From: Cetorhinus maximus
Taxonomy: Eukaryota
Length of the DNA: 64,000 bases
Assembly (NCBI RefSeq): GCF_964194155.1
Contig: NC_135901.1
Location: 23,002,001 to 23,066,000, forward strand
Direction of reading: 5' to 3'
Under the pieces are notes generated by a model. The model made no database searches. It was not told the origin of the DNA and was given only the letters and a program-made list of their open reading frames with translations. Position numbers and translations under genes: made by a program. This document shows, one piece after another, positions 1 through 11,240 of this stretch. The stretch's first letter is position 1; the number at the start of each line of letters is the position of its first letter.

Positions 1-57
1 TTGCTCTTGAGAAGGTGGTGGTGAGCTGCCTTCTTCAACCGCTGCAGTCCATGTAGT
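1..57 (-). mobile_element. 3' fragment of CR1/L2-group LINE (family of 53117-55285)
   Basis: cttgagaaggtggtggtgagctgcc...ctgcagtccatg recurs at 6950, 44290, 46225, 53186. Confidence 0.7.
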
Positions 58-389
58 ATTAAATATATAAATTCACAACAGAGAATTCTAGTTTCTATGG
101 AACATTTTTTCCTCTCATTTCCCCAAATCTATAAATCTCTGACCCACACACTCCTTTCCCTCTCTGCTCATTGTCCCAGATTCAGTGTCCAGTCTCCTAC
201 TTATTCTTTTCTCCTCTCCAGATTCTCTCTCCTCCTGTCCTTAAACTGATGACTCAGGCTGTGGATCAATTTCACTCCTTCACTCTAATTCTACCAAATA
301 CTTTGCCTCAAAACAACAAATTACCTTTATTGACTTTATCAGTGTTGTTAAATGAACGGAAATAACCACCTTTTCCCAATTGGGCCTCT

Positions 390-830
390 GGTTCAGTTTG
401 GTGCCTCAGAGAAGCCGGAAGCGGCGGATGGTGATTCCGGACCAATAGGAAGAGAGGGGGAGAGGCTGGAGGACCGAGTTGGAGCTGCTGGTCCTCCAAC
501 CAATCGGAGTGAACGAGGGGCGGGGCCCTGACCGCACCACAGGCGGCTCCGCGCAGGCGTGTTCTGGGGCAGAGATTGGAGCATGCGCAGTGCGGAAGAT
601 GTGTTGAATCGGTAGGGGAGGCATGACTCGAGGCAGGAGAGGAATAGAGGCGGCGGGTGGACTTGGAGGCTTGAGAAACACCTCATGTAGGCTCCCATAT
701 TCTGCATTTTCACCAAGCGGAGCAGCAGTTGAGGGGTTTCTGATGACAGGCCCGAGGGTAACGGCCGCACTGCCATCTTGAGAAGGGAGGGTGTGCAGCG
801 GGGCGCATGCGCGGCGACAGGGATGATGGG
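390..830. promoter_or_regulatory. CpG-rich, probably bidirectional ZNF promoter P1
   Basis: High CpG; CCGGAAG (ETS-like), CCAAT, GGGGCGGGG, GCATGCGC twice (NRF1-like), GCCATCTTG (YY1-like). Confidence 0.7.
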
Positions 831-874
831 ATTTGGAACAAGGAAACTCAAATCAAGGATCCCATCAGGATCTG

Positions 875-1270
875 AGCAAGTCCCTCAATTCACCAGGACC
901 TGGGTATCAACTGCATCTGATTGTGGAAGGACAAACAGGGCTGCCTGCTCTGTTTGTGGTAAGTGTGACCCCGGTGTGACTGCACCGATGAGTTTCCAGC
1001 TCTGATGGGTAACTGAAAACCTTTCCACAGTCCCCACATTTCCAGCTTCTCTCCAGTGTGACTGCGCTGGTTTTGTGTACGGGCAGAAGAGCTGAAGCCA
1101 CGTCCACACACACACAAAACATGTATACGGTTTATCCAGGCTGGGAACGGGTACCTTTGCTTCCATGTTCAAAGGCCGATGATATTCAGGTCCTCATGAC
1201 TCTGTCAGATCTTGATTTAATGTTCGGTTTGTGTTTCCCATCTGTAAATCCACCTCTTCCAACACGTTGA
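875..1270 (-). pseudogene. Decayed C2H2 ZNF unit A
   Basis: Family leader, then [12 protein letters not shown] and frameshifted [23 protein letters not shown]. Confidence 0.8.
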
Positions 1271-1382
1271 TAAATGAATTTAAAACAAGACAAGGGAGTG
1301 TGAGGGAATCACAAAAACAAAAAGGCAGGTTGTGATACTGAGCTGAATGAATCTGGTAATTTGGGGGCTAGAACAAAGTGGG

Positions 1383-1445
1383 CAGAGCTTCAGGGTCCCA
1401 GTGACCAGGAGAGAAAATCATTGATTCGTTGATTTTATTCTAACT
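1383..1445 (+). promoter_or_regulatory. Conserved ~60-bp box of the ZNF cassette
   Basis: cttcagggtcccagtgaccaggagagaaaatcattgattcgttgattttattct; copies near 15885, 46420, 57860 (minus) and 61922 (plus). Confidence 0.65.
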
Positions 1446-1684
1446 CTCCACACAGGCACCAGAGAACTGAACCTAGCCAGAGTAGAGGGAGGGAGGGAGA
1501 TAACTGGGAAATGGCAGAGATGGTGAGATGGTTTTGGATTTCAGCCCAGGGAGGAGGGAGAGTGTGTAGAATGGGGATTTACAGCTTTGGGGGAACAAGA
1601 GATGTTGTTTGATAGTGACTTGAATTGTCTGTTCTGAATTTTCACCCTGGGCTTATTGTTGACTTTGCTAAATTCCTTTTAAAG

Positions 1685-1903
1685 GGCATTAGAAGGGGAG
1701 AATGGAAAATTCAAACCAAACATCATATCAGGATCTGACATAGTCACTGGATTCATCAGGACCTGAATATCATTGGCCATTGCATATGGAAAGGAAAATG
1801 TTTGTCCGTTCTGTCTGAGGGAAAAAATTTCAAGCATCAATTTGATTGGAAAAGCACCGAGACACAGATACCTGAGTGGGAGTGTTGCAGTGAACTAACT
1901 GTG
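1685..1903 (+). pseudogene. 5' part of ZNF unit B (leader and degenerate fingers)
   Basis: Paralogous to 62590-62820; acceptor reads ttttaaag; breaks off at a SINE head. Confidence 0.7.
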
Positions 1904-1955
1904 GTGGATTTGAACCCACAGCCTCCTGACTCAGACGTGAGAATGCAACCTCATC
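1897..1955 (-). mobile_element. tRNA-derived SINE head fragment
   Basis: Minus strand ctgagtcaggaggctgtgggttcaaatcc contains a B box. Confidence 0.6.
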
Positions 1956-2189
1956 ATTACTTTGGATTTTTCCAGTTCTCAGAACCTTGGCCACTTTCAT
2001 GTACAAGTCCCAGCTCCCCATACCTTCCAGAGAGTGTCTCTCCTCGCCTGGATACCCCGGGGAGGTAACAGTAACACCCATGTACCTGCCCTCGGTGTGT
2101 TTGATGGGACAGTGTAGACAGAGCCGGAGGGACAGTGAGTGTCCTGAACATTGTTGTACAGTCTCCTCCATATCCCTTTCCTGGCTCTG

Positions 2190-2605
2190 AGTCTTTTGGT
2201 GATGATTTGAATTTGATGTCCTCTAGTTACTGACTCACCGACTGGTGGAAGCAGTTTTTCCTCATTTACCTGATGAAATGTTGAACCTCTCCTTCAGATC
2301 TCCAATCAGCCTTTGTTCTAATGGAAAGAGCCCCAGTTTCTCTAATCTCTCCTGATAACTAAAGCCTCTTTTCCCTGGGATCATCTGCACCCTCTCCATG
2401 GCCTTGACATCCTTCCTGGTGTAAGATCCCCAAAACTTGACTCAATATCCTAACCGCAGCCTAATCAATGATTTGCACAGGTTTACATGACCTCTGTCCT
2501 TTTGAACTCTACACCCCGAATTATAATACCCAGGATCCCATTTGCTTTTTAACCACTTTACCAACTTGTCCTCCCACTGTTAAAGGTTTGTGTCTCTGAA
2601 TCCCT
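2190..2605 (-). mobile_element. Old CR1 LINE remnant, resuming after 5337
   Basis: Decayed CR1 ORF2 C-terminal sequence on the minus strand on both sides of the LTR-like insert. Confidence 0.55.
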
Positions 2606-5336
2606 TGTAGGTTTTAGAGATATTAACACAACATGACTAAAATACATTGACATCCAATGTCTGATATAACGAGTATTATAGGATAGAGAAGTTTAGTCAG
2701 AGTTAGAAACTCAAACAGACTCTTCACTGCAGACAGGTCACTATGGAAACACTGAGAAGACATTCCATTCCACAGAAACGACTCATTGGAAACTCTGATC
2801 AGATCAGGGGAAAGGACAGAGTTTGTCTGTTATTAACCACAACAGAAACGTAAACAAAGTGAGGAATTGAATAGATTAGATTATTATCTGTGATGTTTAT
2901 ATCTGTAATGTAAAACTAAAAGAAATAACAGAATTAAGAGTAGGCAGGGGAGTTTAGGGAGAATTAGAAAATTACTGAAGAAAAGTAACTGCTGGGAACA
3001 AGGGAAGGTGTCCTTGTAAGTCACGGATTAGAAAAATTCCAGCTGTCTTTTCCCCACTTCCTGCCAAAACCCAACAGAGGAGACAAAGAGTCAGAGGCCA
3101 GAGCTGGATCACTACAGAGTATAAAAGTGAAGGGTTCTGATGTAAGGGGGCAATCAGGACTGAAGATACCGGAGATCAAGCTCAGGGTGCCCGAGGTTCC
3201 ATCCAGCTGGCTGACCATGTAAGTGACTGTGGATTGGATAAAGAGAAAAAGGGAAATGTATGGCAGATACCCAAGGCTCAAAACAGCGGAAGCCCGAGAG
3301 GAATATAGAATGTGTAGGGGGGAACTTAAAAAGGAGATTAGGAGAGCAAAAAGGGGCCATGAAAAAACATTGGCAGGTAAAATAAAAGAAAATCCAAAGT
3401 TATTTTACAAGTACATTAAGAGTAAGAGGATAACTAGGGAAAGAGTCGGGCCCGTTAAGGACCACAGTGGTAACTTGTGTGTGGAGCCGGAAGAAGTAGG
3501 TAGGTTTCTAAACGAATGCTTTGTGTCGGTGTTCACAAGTGAGAGGGACGACGTGGGTATGGAAATCAGGCTGAAGGACTGTGATATAATTAAAGAAATT
3601 AGAATTGAAAGGGAGGAGGTTCTAAATGGTCTGGCAGGCTTAAAAGGAGATATATCTCCAGGCCCGGATGAAATGTATCCCAGGCTGTTGAGTGAGGCAA
3701 GGGAGGAGATAGCAGGGGTGCTGGCAATAATTTTCAATACCTCTCTGGCCACAGGAGAGGTGCCAGAGGATAGCCAATGTGGTACCATTATTCAAGAAGG
3801 GAGGAAGGGATAAATCAGGGAACTACAGGCCAGTCAGTCTAAACTCAGTGGTGGGGAAACTATTGGAAGCAATTCTGAGAGACAGAATGAATCAACACTT
3901 GGAGAGGCAGAGATTAATCAAGGACAGTCAGCATTGTTTTTTTAAGGGGAGGTCATGTCTGACCAATTTGATTGAATTTTTCGAAGAGGTGACCAGGTGT
4001 GTAGATGAGGGCAATATATTTGACGTAGTCTACTTGGACTTCAGCAAGGCTTTTGATAAGGTCCTGCATGGGAGACTGATAACGAAGAGCCCATGGGATC
4101 CAAGGCAATTTGGCAAATTGGATCCAGAATTGGCTGAGTGGCAGGAACCAGAGGGTGATGGTCAAGGGGTGTTTTTGTGACTGGATGCCTGTGTCCAGTG
4201 GGGTTCCACAGGGATTGGTGTTGGGTCCCTCGCTGTTTGTGATATATATAAACGATTTAGACTTGAATGTAGGAGGGTTGATCAGTAAGTTCGCGGATGG
4301 CATGAAAATTGGTGGGGTGGTAAATCGTGACGAGGATAGCCTTAGATTACAGGAGGATATAGACGGGCTGATCAGTGGCAAATAGAATTTAATCTGGATA
4401 AGTGTGAGGTGATGCACTTGGGCGGGACAAACAAGGCATGGGAATAAACGATGAATGGTAGGACCCTGGGAAGTACTGAGGATCAGAGTGATCTTGGTGT
4501 GCATGTCCACCGGTCCCTTAAGGTAGCGTGACAAGTGGATAAGAAGGCATATGGGATACTTGCCTTTATTAGCCAAAGCATAGAATATAAGAGCAGGGAG
4601 GTTATGCTGGAATTGTATAAAATGCTGGTTAGGCCACAGCTAGAGTATTGCGTGCAGTTCTGGAATCTGCATTATAGGAAGGATGTGATTGCACTAGAGT
4701 GAGTGCAGAAGAGATTTACCAGGATGTTGTCTGGGCTGGAGAGTTTTAGTTGTGAGGAGAGATTGGATAGACTGGGGTTATTTTCCCTGCAGCAGAGGAG
4801 ATTGAGGTGGGACATGATTGAGGTGTATAAAATTATGAGGGGCATTGATAGGGTAGACAGGAAGGAACTTTTCCCTGTGGTGAAGGGATAAATAACAGGG
4901 GGCATAGATTTAAGGTAAGGGGCAGGAGGTTTGAGGGGGGTGTGAGGAAGAATTTTTTCACCCAGAGGGTGGTGGGAATCTGGAACTCACTGCCTGAAAG
5001 GGTGGTAGAGGAAAAAACCCTCATAACATTTAAGAAGTATTTGGATGTGCACTTGCGATGCCATGGCATACAAGGCTATGGGCCTAGTGCTGGAAAATGG
5101 GATTAGAATAGTTCGGTACTTGCTTGACGTGATCGGCTGAAGGGCGTTTTTCTGTGCTGTAGACCTCTATGACTATGACACTTGGGACTTGGATGTTTAC
5201 TCAGATTTATGGAACAATATAAGAGGACGTGAATCTGCTAATTTCTTTATTTCTGTATTTCTTAAGAAGGTATTAAAGTTGCTGACATGAAACCTCATCA
5301 GTGTGTTTATTAATAAGAAAATGTAAACTAGAATCT
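2606..5336 (+). mobile_element. Putative solo LTR, interrupted by a CR1
   Basis: Starts TG; TCCCT at 2601-2605 and 5337-5341; TATAAAA near 3120; ATTAAA near 5272; 3' end is CT rather than CA. Confidence 0.45.
3228..5177 (+). mobile_element. 5'-truncated CR1 LINE, frameshifted ORF2
   Basis: NYRPVSL, YLDFSKAFDKV, GVPQGLVLGP, KFADG, RRLRWDMIEVYKIM; tail ctctatgactatga. Confidence 0.95.
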
Positions 5337-5674
5337 TCCCTGTCTTTACTGTTCTGTTTCTCCAATCCTTCTAAACCATAAGCATTTAGTGAATATTTTA
5401 GCTTTTTAATTCAGGAAATGTATCACCTCATATTTTCTGTGTTAAATTTAATCTGACATATTACCTGCACCAGTTACTAACCTGTGCATTCACAGTGAGT
5501 CACTTATATTCCTCTTCACTGTTCTGCTCATTTCCTATTGTAAAATCATCTGGAGATTTTGATTTTAAACCCATAAAGCGAAACCCAATCATTCCTTTAT
5601 ATTGAGAAGAGCAATGGTCAAAATACCAACCCTGGGAGAGAACTGATAGTCTGAAGAATATCCATTTGTCACTC

Positions 5675-5850
5675 CTTTTTTTATTTATTTCCTGGGATGG
5701 GTATTGCAGGCAGTGTCAACATTTGTTGCCCATCCCTAATTTGAGGGTAGTTAAGAGTCAACCACATTGCTGTGGTCTGGAGTCTCATTTAGGCCAGGCC
5801 AGGTAAAGATGGCAGATTTCCTTCCCTGAAGGTCATGAGTGAACTTTTAT
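5675..5850 (-). mobile_element. tRNA-SINE 3' part
   Basis: gagtcaaccacattgctgtgg...gatttccttccct shared with 26705-26952, 28600-28955, 55290-55573. Confidence 0.65.
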
Positions 5851-5919
5851 ATGGTTTCCTCTCCTCACTTCCTGCTTCAATTGCCCTCTACAGCTCCATT
5901 CACCAATACCCAAAGCATT

Positions 5920-6876
5920 ATTTGGTGACATGCCACTAAGGTTACGATGCAAAATAAGAACTCATGGTGTAGGGGGTAACATATTAGTATGGATAGTGGA
6001 TTGGTTAGCTAACTGGAAGCAGAGAGTAGCAATAAGTGGGTCTTTTTCAGGTTGGCAAGCTGTGACAAGTGGAGTGCCTCAGGCATCAATTTTGGAGCCT
6101 AACATATTTATATAACTCAACTATTTATATGTAAGTATATTTATATATCAGGATAAAAATATACTATTTGTATAGAACCTCTACTATTTAGAGAGAGTGG
6201 ACAAGCAAACGGAGTATAATGTAGGAAAAGTGAACTTGTCCACTTTGGCAGGAAGAATAGAAAAGCAGAATATTATTTAAACAGAAAGAGACCACAGAGC
6301 TCTGAGGCAGAGAGATCTGGGTGCCCTGGTAAATGAATCAGAAAAGGTTAGTCTGTAGGTAGAGCAAGCTATTAGGAAGGCAAATGGAATGTTGTTGTCT
6401 ATTACAAGGGGAATGGAATATAAAAGTAGGGATGTTTCACTACAGTTCTACAGGGCATTGGTGAAACCACATCTGGAGTACTGTGTACAGTATTAGTCTC
6501 CTTATTTAAGAAAGGATATAAATGCATTAGAAGCGGTTCAGAGAAGCTAAACTTGGTTGATTCCTGGGATGATGGGGGTTATCTTATGAAGAAAGGTTGG
6601 ACAGGCTGGGCCTGTACCCATTGGCGTTTAGAAAATGGAGAGGTGATCTTCCTGAAACATAAGATCCTGAGAGGACTTGACAGGGTAGATGCTGAAAGGA
6701 TCTTTCCCCTCGTGGGAGAAACTAGAACGAGGGAGGCACATTTTAAAATAAGGGGTCTCCCAATTAAGATGGAGATGAGAAGAATTTTTTTCTCTCGGTC
6801 GGTTGTGAATCTTTGGAACTCTCTTCCCCAGAGAACAGTGGAGGCAGGGTCAATGAATATTTTAAAGGCAGAAGTA
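5920..6876 (+). mobile_element. CR1 LINE fragment
   Basis: SGVPQASILEP; KILRGLDRVDAERIFPLVGE; VVNLWNSLP. Confidence 0.9.
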
Positions 6877-7112
6877 GATTTTTTCTTATTCATTCATGAG
6901 ATGTGGGTGCTACAGGCTAGACCAGTATTTGTTGCCCATCCCTAATTGCCCTTGAGAAGGTGGTGGTGAGTTGCCTTCTTGAACTACTGCAGTCCATGTG
7001 GTGTAGGTATACCCACAGAGCTGTTAGGGAGGCAGTTCCAGGATTTTGACCCAGCGACAGTGAAATAAAAGCGATATATTTCTAAGTCAGGATGGTGAGT
7101 GGTTTGGAGGGT
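6877..7112 (-). mobile_element. LINE 3' fragment (CR1/L2 group)
   Basis: Same 3' UTR as 44218 and 53117, ending atgaatgaataagaaaaa on the minus strand. Confidence 0.8.
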
Positions 7113-7396
7113 AACTCACTGTACACCAGTGCACTCACACTGGTGAGAGACCGTTTACCTGCATGGGCTGTGGGAAGGGATTCACTCGCTCATCCGTCCT
7201 GCTGATACACCAGCGACTTTACACTGCAGAGAGGCCGTTCACCTGCTTTGACTGTGGGAAGGGATTCACTCAGTCATCCAGCCTGCTGTCACACCAGCGA
7301 GTGCACACTGGAGGGAGACCTTTCATCTGCTCCAAGTGTGGGAAGGGATTCACTCAGTCACCTGACCTGCTGAAACATCAGCGAGTTCATGAGTAA
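7113..7396 (+). pseudogene. 3' part of ZNF unit B
   Basis: About three C2H2 fingers ending HQRVHE*, followed by the family 3' UTR. Confidence 0.85.
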
Positions 7397-7507
7397 CAAC
7401 AGTGATTGAATTTTGATGTTAACCACATACAGGACTATGTGACAATAAACTCTGTTTATTGGGGTCTGTTTCTGCTGATGTTAATAAACTCCAGCCCAGT
7501 TATGGCA

Positions 7508-7894
7508 CCTCCCCCAACAGGGCCATCTGTCACTTGTTTCTATGTTCTTCTTTCACAGAGTGCTGACTCTTGTCCTGCCATTCACAGATTCTGCTTTCTT
7601 ACCTTTGTGCCACTATCAACACGTTCTTTAGTCTTCACCACTGCCATTAACACTCCCTTTGTCTTTTGTCCATGACATATTTGTCTATCTCTCCTTAGCC
7701 TCCAACTGTTGCTGACCTATCCTGCTTTACCTGCTCCACCGCCCCCCCCCCCCCTTAAACAGTATAAATTCCATCACATTTCAACTTCTCTTTAGCTCTA
7801 AAGAAGAGTCATGTGGACTTGAAATGTTAAGTCTGTTTCTATCTCCACAGACACTGTCAGACCTGCTGACCATTTCCAGCATTTCCAGTTTTTA
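7508..7894 (+). mobile_element. PLE 3' end with decayed hammerhead
   Basis: Matches 52260-52640; TSD TTATGGCA at 7500-7507 and 7895-7902. Confidence 0.85.
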
Positions 7895-7994
7895 TTATGG
7901 CAATTAAGTTGCAGATATAAGTCAAATAAATCATTTTGTGTTAAGTACACAGTGTATTGAGTCTCTTTTTAATATCTCTAACACAAGTTAGATC

Positions 7995-8200
7995 CTTTTG
8001 AAGGGCTTTCACTCTTCCCTGTCTCCCCCATCCTCCCCTCCAACAGCAAATGTGAGGAGCTCATGGAGCTTCTTTGTCACTAAGATTGAGACAATCCGAT
8101 CAGCTGCCTCCGCTGCTTCCACTAGCCCACCTGGCCCAGCTGTCTCTGAAATTTTCCGTTGTCCTAGCCCTGACTTGCAACTTTCTCTTGTTTCTTTCTG
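7995..8200 (+). mobile_element. L2 LINE fragment downstream of the ZNF 3' UTR
   Basis: FFVTKIETIRSAAS; same fragment behind units D, F and I. Confidence 0.65.
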
Positions 8201-8204
8201 ATCT

Positions 8205-8800
8205 ATCATACCTGATTTCTCCATGGTGCAAGTTTCTTTGTGTTTCTCCAGGTTGGATGATCGATTGGAGCATTCTCCACACAAAACTTATGTGTGGTTT
8301 CTCCACACTTTGATTGCTGTGGTTTTATCAGGCTGTGAAACTGGTTAAAGCTCTTTCCACACACAGTTCACTGAAAGACTCTCACTGTGATAGGAGTGTC
8401 TCGGTGCTTTTCCAATTTCAATGATAATTTAAATGCACGGGCAAAACAAACAATTATTTCTCCTTCAAAAATAGCTGGAAAACTCAGCAGGTCTGACACC
8501 ATCTGTGGAGAGGAATACAGTTAACGTTTCAAGTCCGTATGACTCTTCATCTGAAAAGTCAAACGGACTCAAAACATTAACTGTGTTCCTCTCCACAGAT
8601 TCTGTCAGACCTGCTGAGTTTTTCCAGCTATTTTTGTTTTTGTTTCAGATTTCCAGCATCTGCAGTGTTTTGCTTTTATCAATTATTTTTCCTTCCCTAA
8701 TTGGAAGCTGACCATATATGAATGAAGTGATTGCATAAGATCTTTTGAGATTTTTGGTTTGAGTTTCCTGCCTGCAAATCCTCCCCTTCTAACCCCATGT
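8205..8800 (-). pseudogene. Truncated ZNF unit C
   Basis: Leader and degenerate fingers up to CTMEK; cut by L2; acceptor mutated. Confidence 0.7.
8467..8679. mobile_element. PLE-derived fold-back element
   Basis: Inverted arms of ~80 bp; 16-bp TSD caattatt t(c/t)tccttc at 8451-8466 and 8680-8695. Confidence 0.9.
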
Positions 8801-9149
8801 AAATGGAGTTTACAGAAGTTATTACTGTAAGTACAGTATAGAAATTCAGAACAAACAATTCTAGTTTCTATGGAACATTTCCCCCCCTTTCATTTCCACA
8901 ATTCTATAAATCTCTGTCCCACACGCTCCTCTCCCTCTCTGCTCATTTTTCCAGATTCAGTTTCCAGTCTCCAACTTGTTCTTTTCTCCTCTCCAGATTC
9001 TCTCTCCTCTTGTCCTCAAACTCAGACTGTGGATCAATCCCACTCCTTCACTCTAATTCTACCAAATAACGCAGCTCACAACAACAAATCATCTTTAATG
9101 TTTTACACGGGGCACTGGAATATTAGACAAATCAGTTTTCAAAATGATG

Positions 9150-9540
9150 CGGAATTTCAGCCAATCAGGGAGGTCCAGGCTCAGCCCCGCCCCTCGTTCA
9201 CTCCGACTGGTTAGAGGATCAGCCGCTCCTTGTTTGGTCCTCCACTCCTATTGGGCCGGAACTGCCGGGCATTTTGAGCTGTCAGGTGAGAGGTCACTGT
9301 CGGGAGCGGGTAAATAAACTCCGGGGGGGGCGGTTTACAAATCCCGAGTGCGGCCCCAGAGCCGAATATTAAACAATGGACATTCTTCACTCTCACTACC
9401 GCCGCTTCCGGCTTCTCTCCGGGAACAACCTCAAAGAGACCAGGACTCTCCGAGCATGCGCGTAACTGCCCGCCAACCCGTGGCAGATAGAGCGGTTTCT
9501 GAGACGCACGGGATTGTGGGTGACCCGGCCACCATTGGAG
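9150..9540. promoter_or_regulatory. CpG-rich promoter P2
   Basis: CCAAT, CCCCGCCC, CTTCCGG, GCATGCGC; core is the reverse complement of 410-530. Confidence 0.65.
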
Positions 9541-9999
9541 ACCCAGTCTTAGTTTTTCTTTGTCTGCATCTGGGGAAGTGGGGAGGAGATTCTGATCACA
9601 TAAGGATTGCAAAATAAGAAAGGCCAAAATCCATCTCCCAATCCGCATTTTCCAACAATGTATCTGTTAGCCAATCTTGGCAATGCATCTGTTTCAATAA
9701 ATTTGAAACAGAGCAATCCACAGCTGGTCAGTAATGCTTTGAATTTTAATGGGAAGTATCAGATTTTTTTTTTACCACTAAGAGCTAGCGCAGTGGACTG
9801 TAAATTTTTACTCTTCTCTTTGGATTTTATCCAGATGGGCTGGTGTAATTAGAGAGACTAGGTTTGCAAGATGCGGTCATTGTGAGCGTGATAACAGAAC
9901 ATTTTGTCAAAGTTCAGTGACACCTGATCATTTACTAAGTGAGCGAGTGTGTAAAAATATAACTCAAACAATCACAGTTTCTACAGGTTGTCCTCTGAC

Positions 10000-10750
10000 G
10001 ACAATTAGATAGATAAGAAAGGAATCAGGATTGTGCAGTCCCTTCCAGCTGGATAACAGTGCAGAGACATTGCAGGAGGATGGTTTGATCAATGATGTTA
10101 GAGACTGCAGGCAGGCCAGGAAGGACAATGATGGGTAGTTTACCTTTGTCACACTCAAATAAGATGTACTTTGTGACTTTAATTAGGGTTGTTTGGATAC
10201 TATGTCAGAGACAGAAATCTTATTGGAAGGATTCAAAGATTGAGTTCAAGGAAAGAGGGGCATGGATTTGGGAGGTAAGAAAGACCTTGAAGAGGAAAGG
10301 GTGGTGCGAAGGGGCGGTAGTTTGCAACAACTGAGGTGAAGGATTGTTTTTATTGAGGAGGGGGTGATGATGGCAGATATGAAGGAAAGAGGGGCAGTAT
10401 TTAAAGAGAGAACCATTAACCAAGTCAGTATACATGGGGAAGTTGGGTGGTCAGGAGTTTTGAGGGAGTAGGAGTAGGTCTCATGGACAAGATGATCCCT
10501 GGGGGGTGGGGGGCGCATGAGAGGAAATGGGAGGGAAACTAGAGAAAGATGAAGGTTCAGGGCTTGGGAAAGGGAGAACTTTAGAAGCAGTATGGCCCAG
10601 TGGAATAGTGGGAGGGAGAGAAGCAGCAGAGGCAATTGATCAGACTGTCTCAATCTTAGTGACAAAGAAGCTCAATGAGCTCCTCATACTTGTTGTTGGT
10701 GCTGAAGATGGAGGAGACAGGGGAGAGGGACAAACCTTCAAGAGGAACTA
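10000..10750 (-). mobile_element. L2 LINE ORF2 remnant
   Basis: Decayed RT N-terminal region (FQSGF-like, SALLSSW); reverse complement of 7995-8200 at its right end. Confidence 0.65.
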
Positions 10751-11240
10751 ACGTGAGTTAGAGATATTAAAAAGAATTGATACTCTACGTAATGCAGTGC
10801 TGATTTATTTGACATTTATCCTCAATATTAACACCCATAACAGGGCTGGTGTTGATGAACATCAGCATCAACAGATCTCAATGAACATGGTTCAGTCCTG
10901 GATGTGATTAACAGCAAAATTCAATTACTGTAGTTACTTGTGAAGTCACTAGTGACTAGCAGGTGGGATAAGTGAGCAAATCCCTTCCCACAGTAGGTGA
11001 ACGGCCTTTCCCCACTATGAACTCACTAGTTTATGGTGTACAGTGAGTTGAGATGAAATCCTAAACCCAGTTCTAAAGTGAGAGCACCTGAACAGTTCCT
11101 GGTGGTGTGAACAATTTGATTGGATATCACTTCCCGGGAACCTTTGTAGGATTTCCCATGATATGGGCATTTAAATGTCCCTCCACTCTATGAACTTGCT
11201 GTTGTTTCAGAGAATAGGATGGCTGAGTGAATCCCTTCTG

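Noticed and set aside
393-851. ORFs across CpG islands (also 9211-9648, 61208-61741)
   Set aside because: GC-rich promoter DNA lacks stops; the frames are not conserved between paralogous promoters.
8467-8679. DNA-transposon MITE
   Set aside because: Arms match PLE termini, and the TSDs are long and variable (11-16 bp), unlike DDE transposons.
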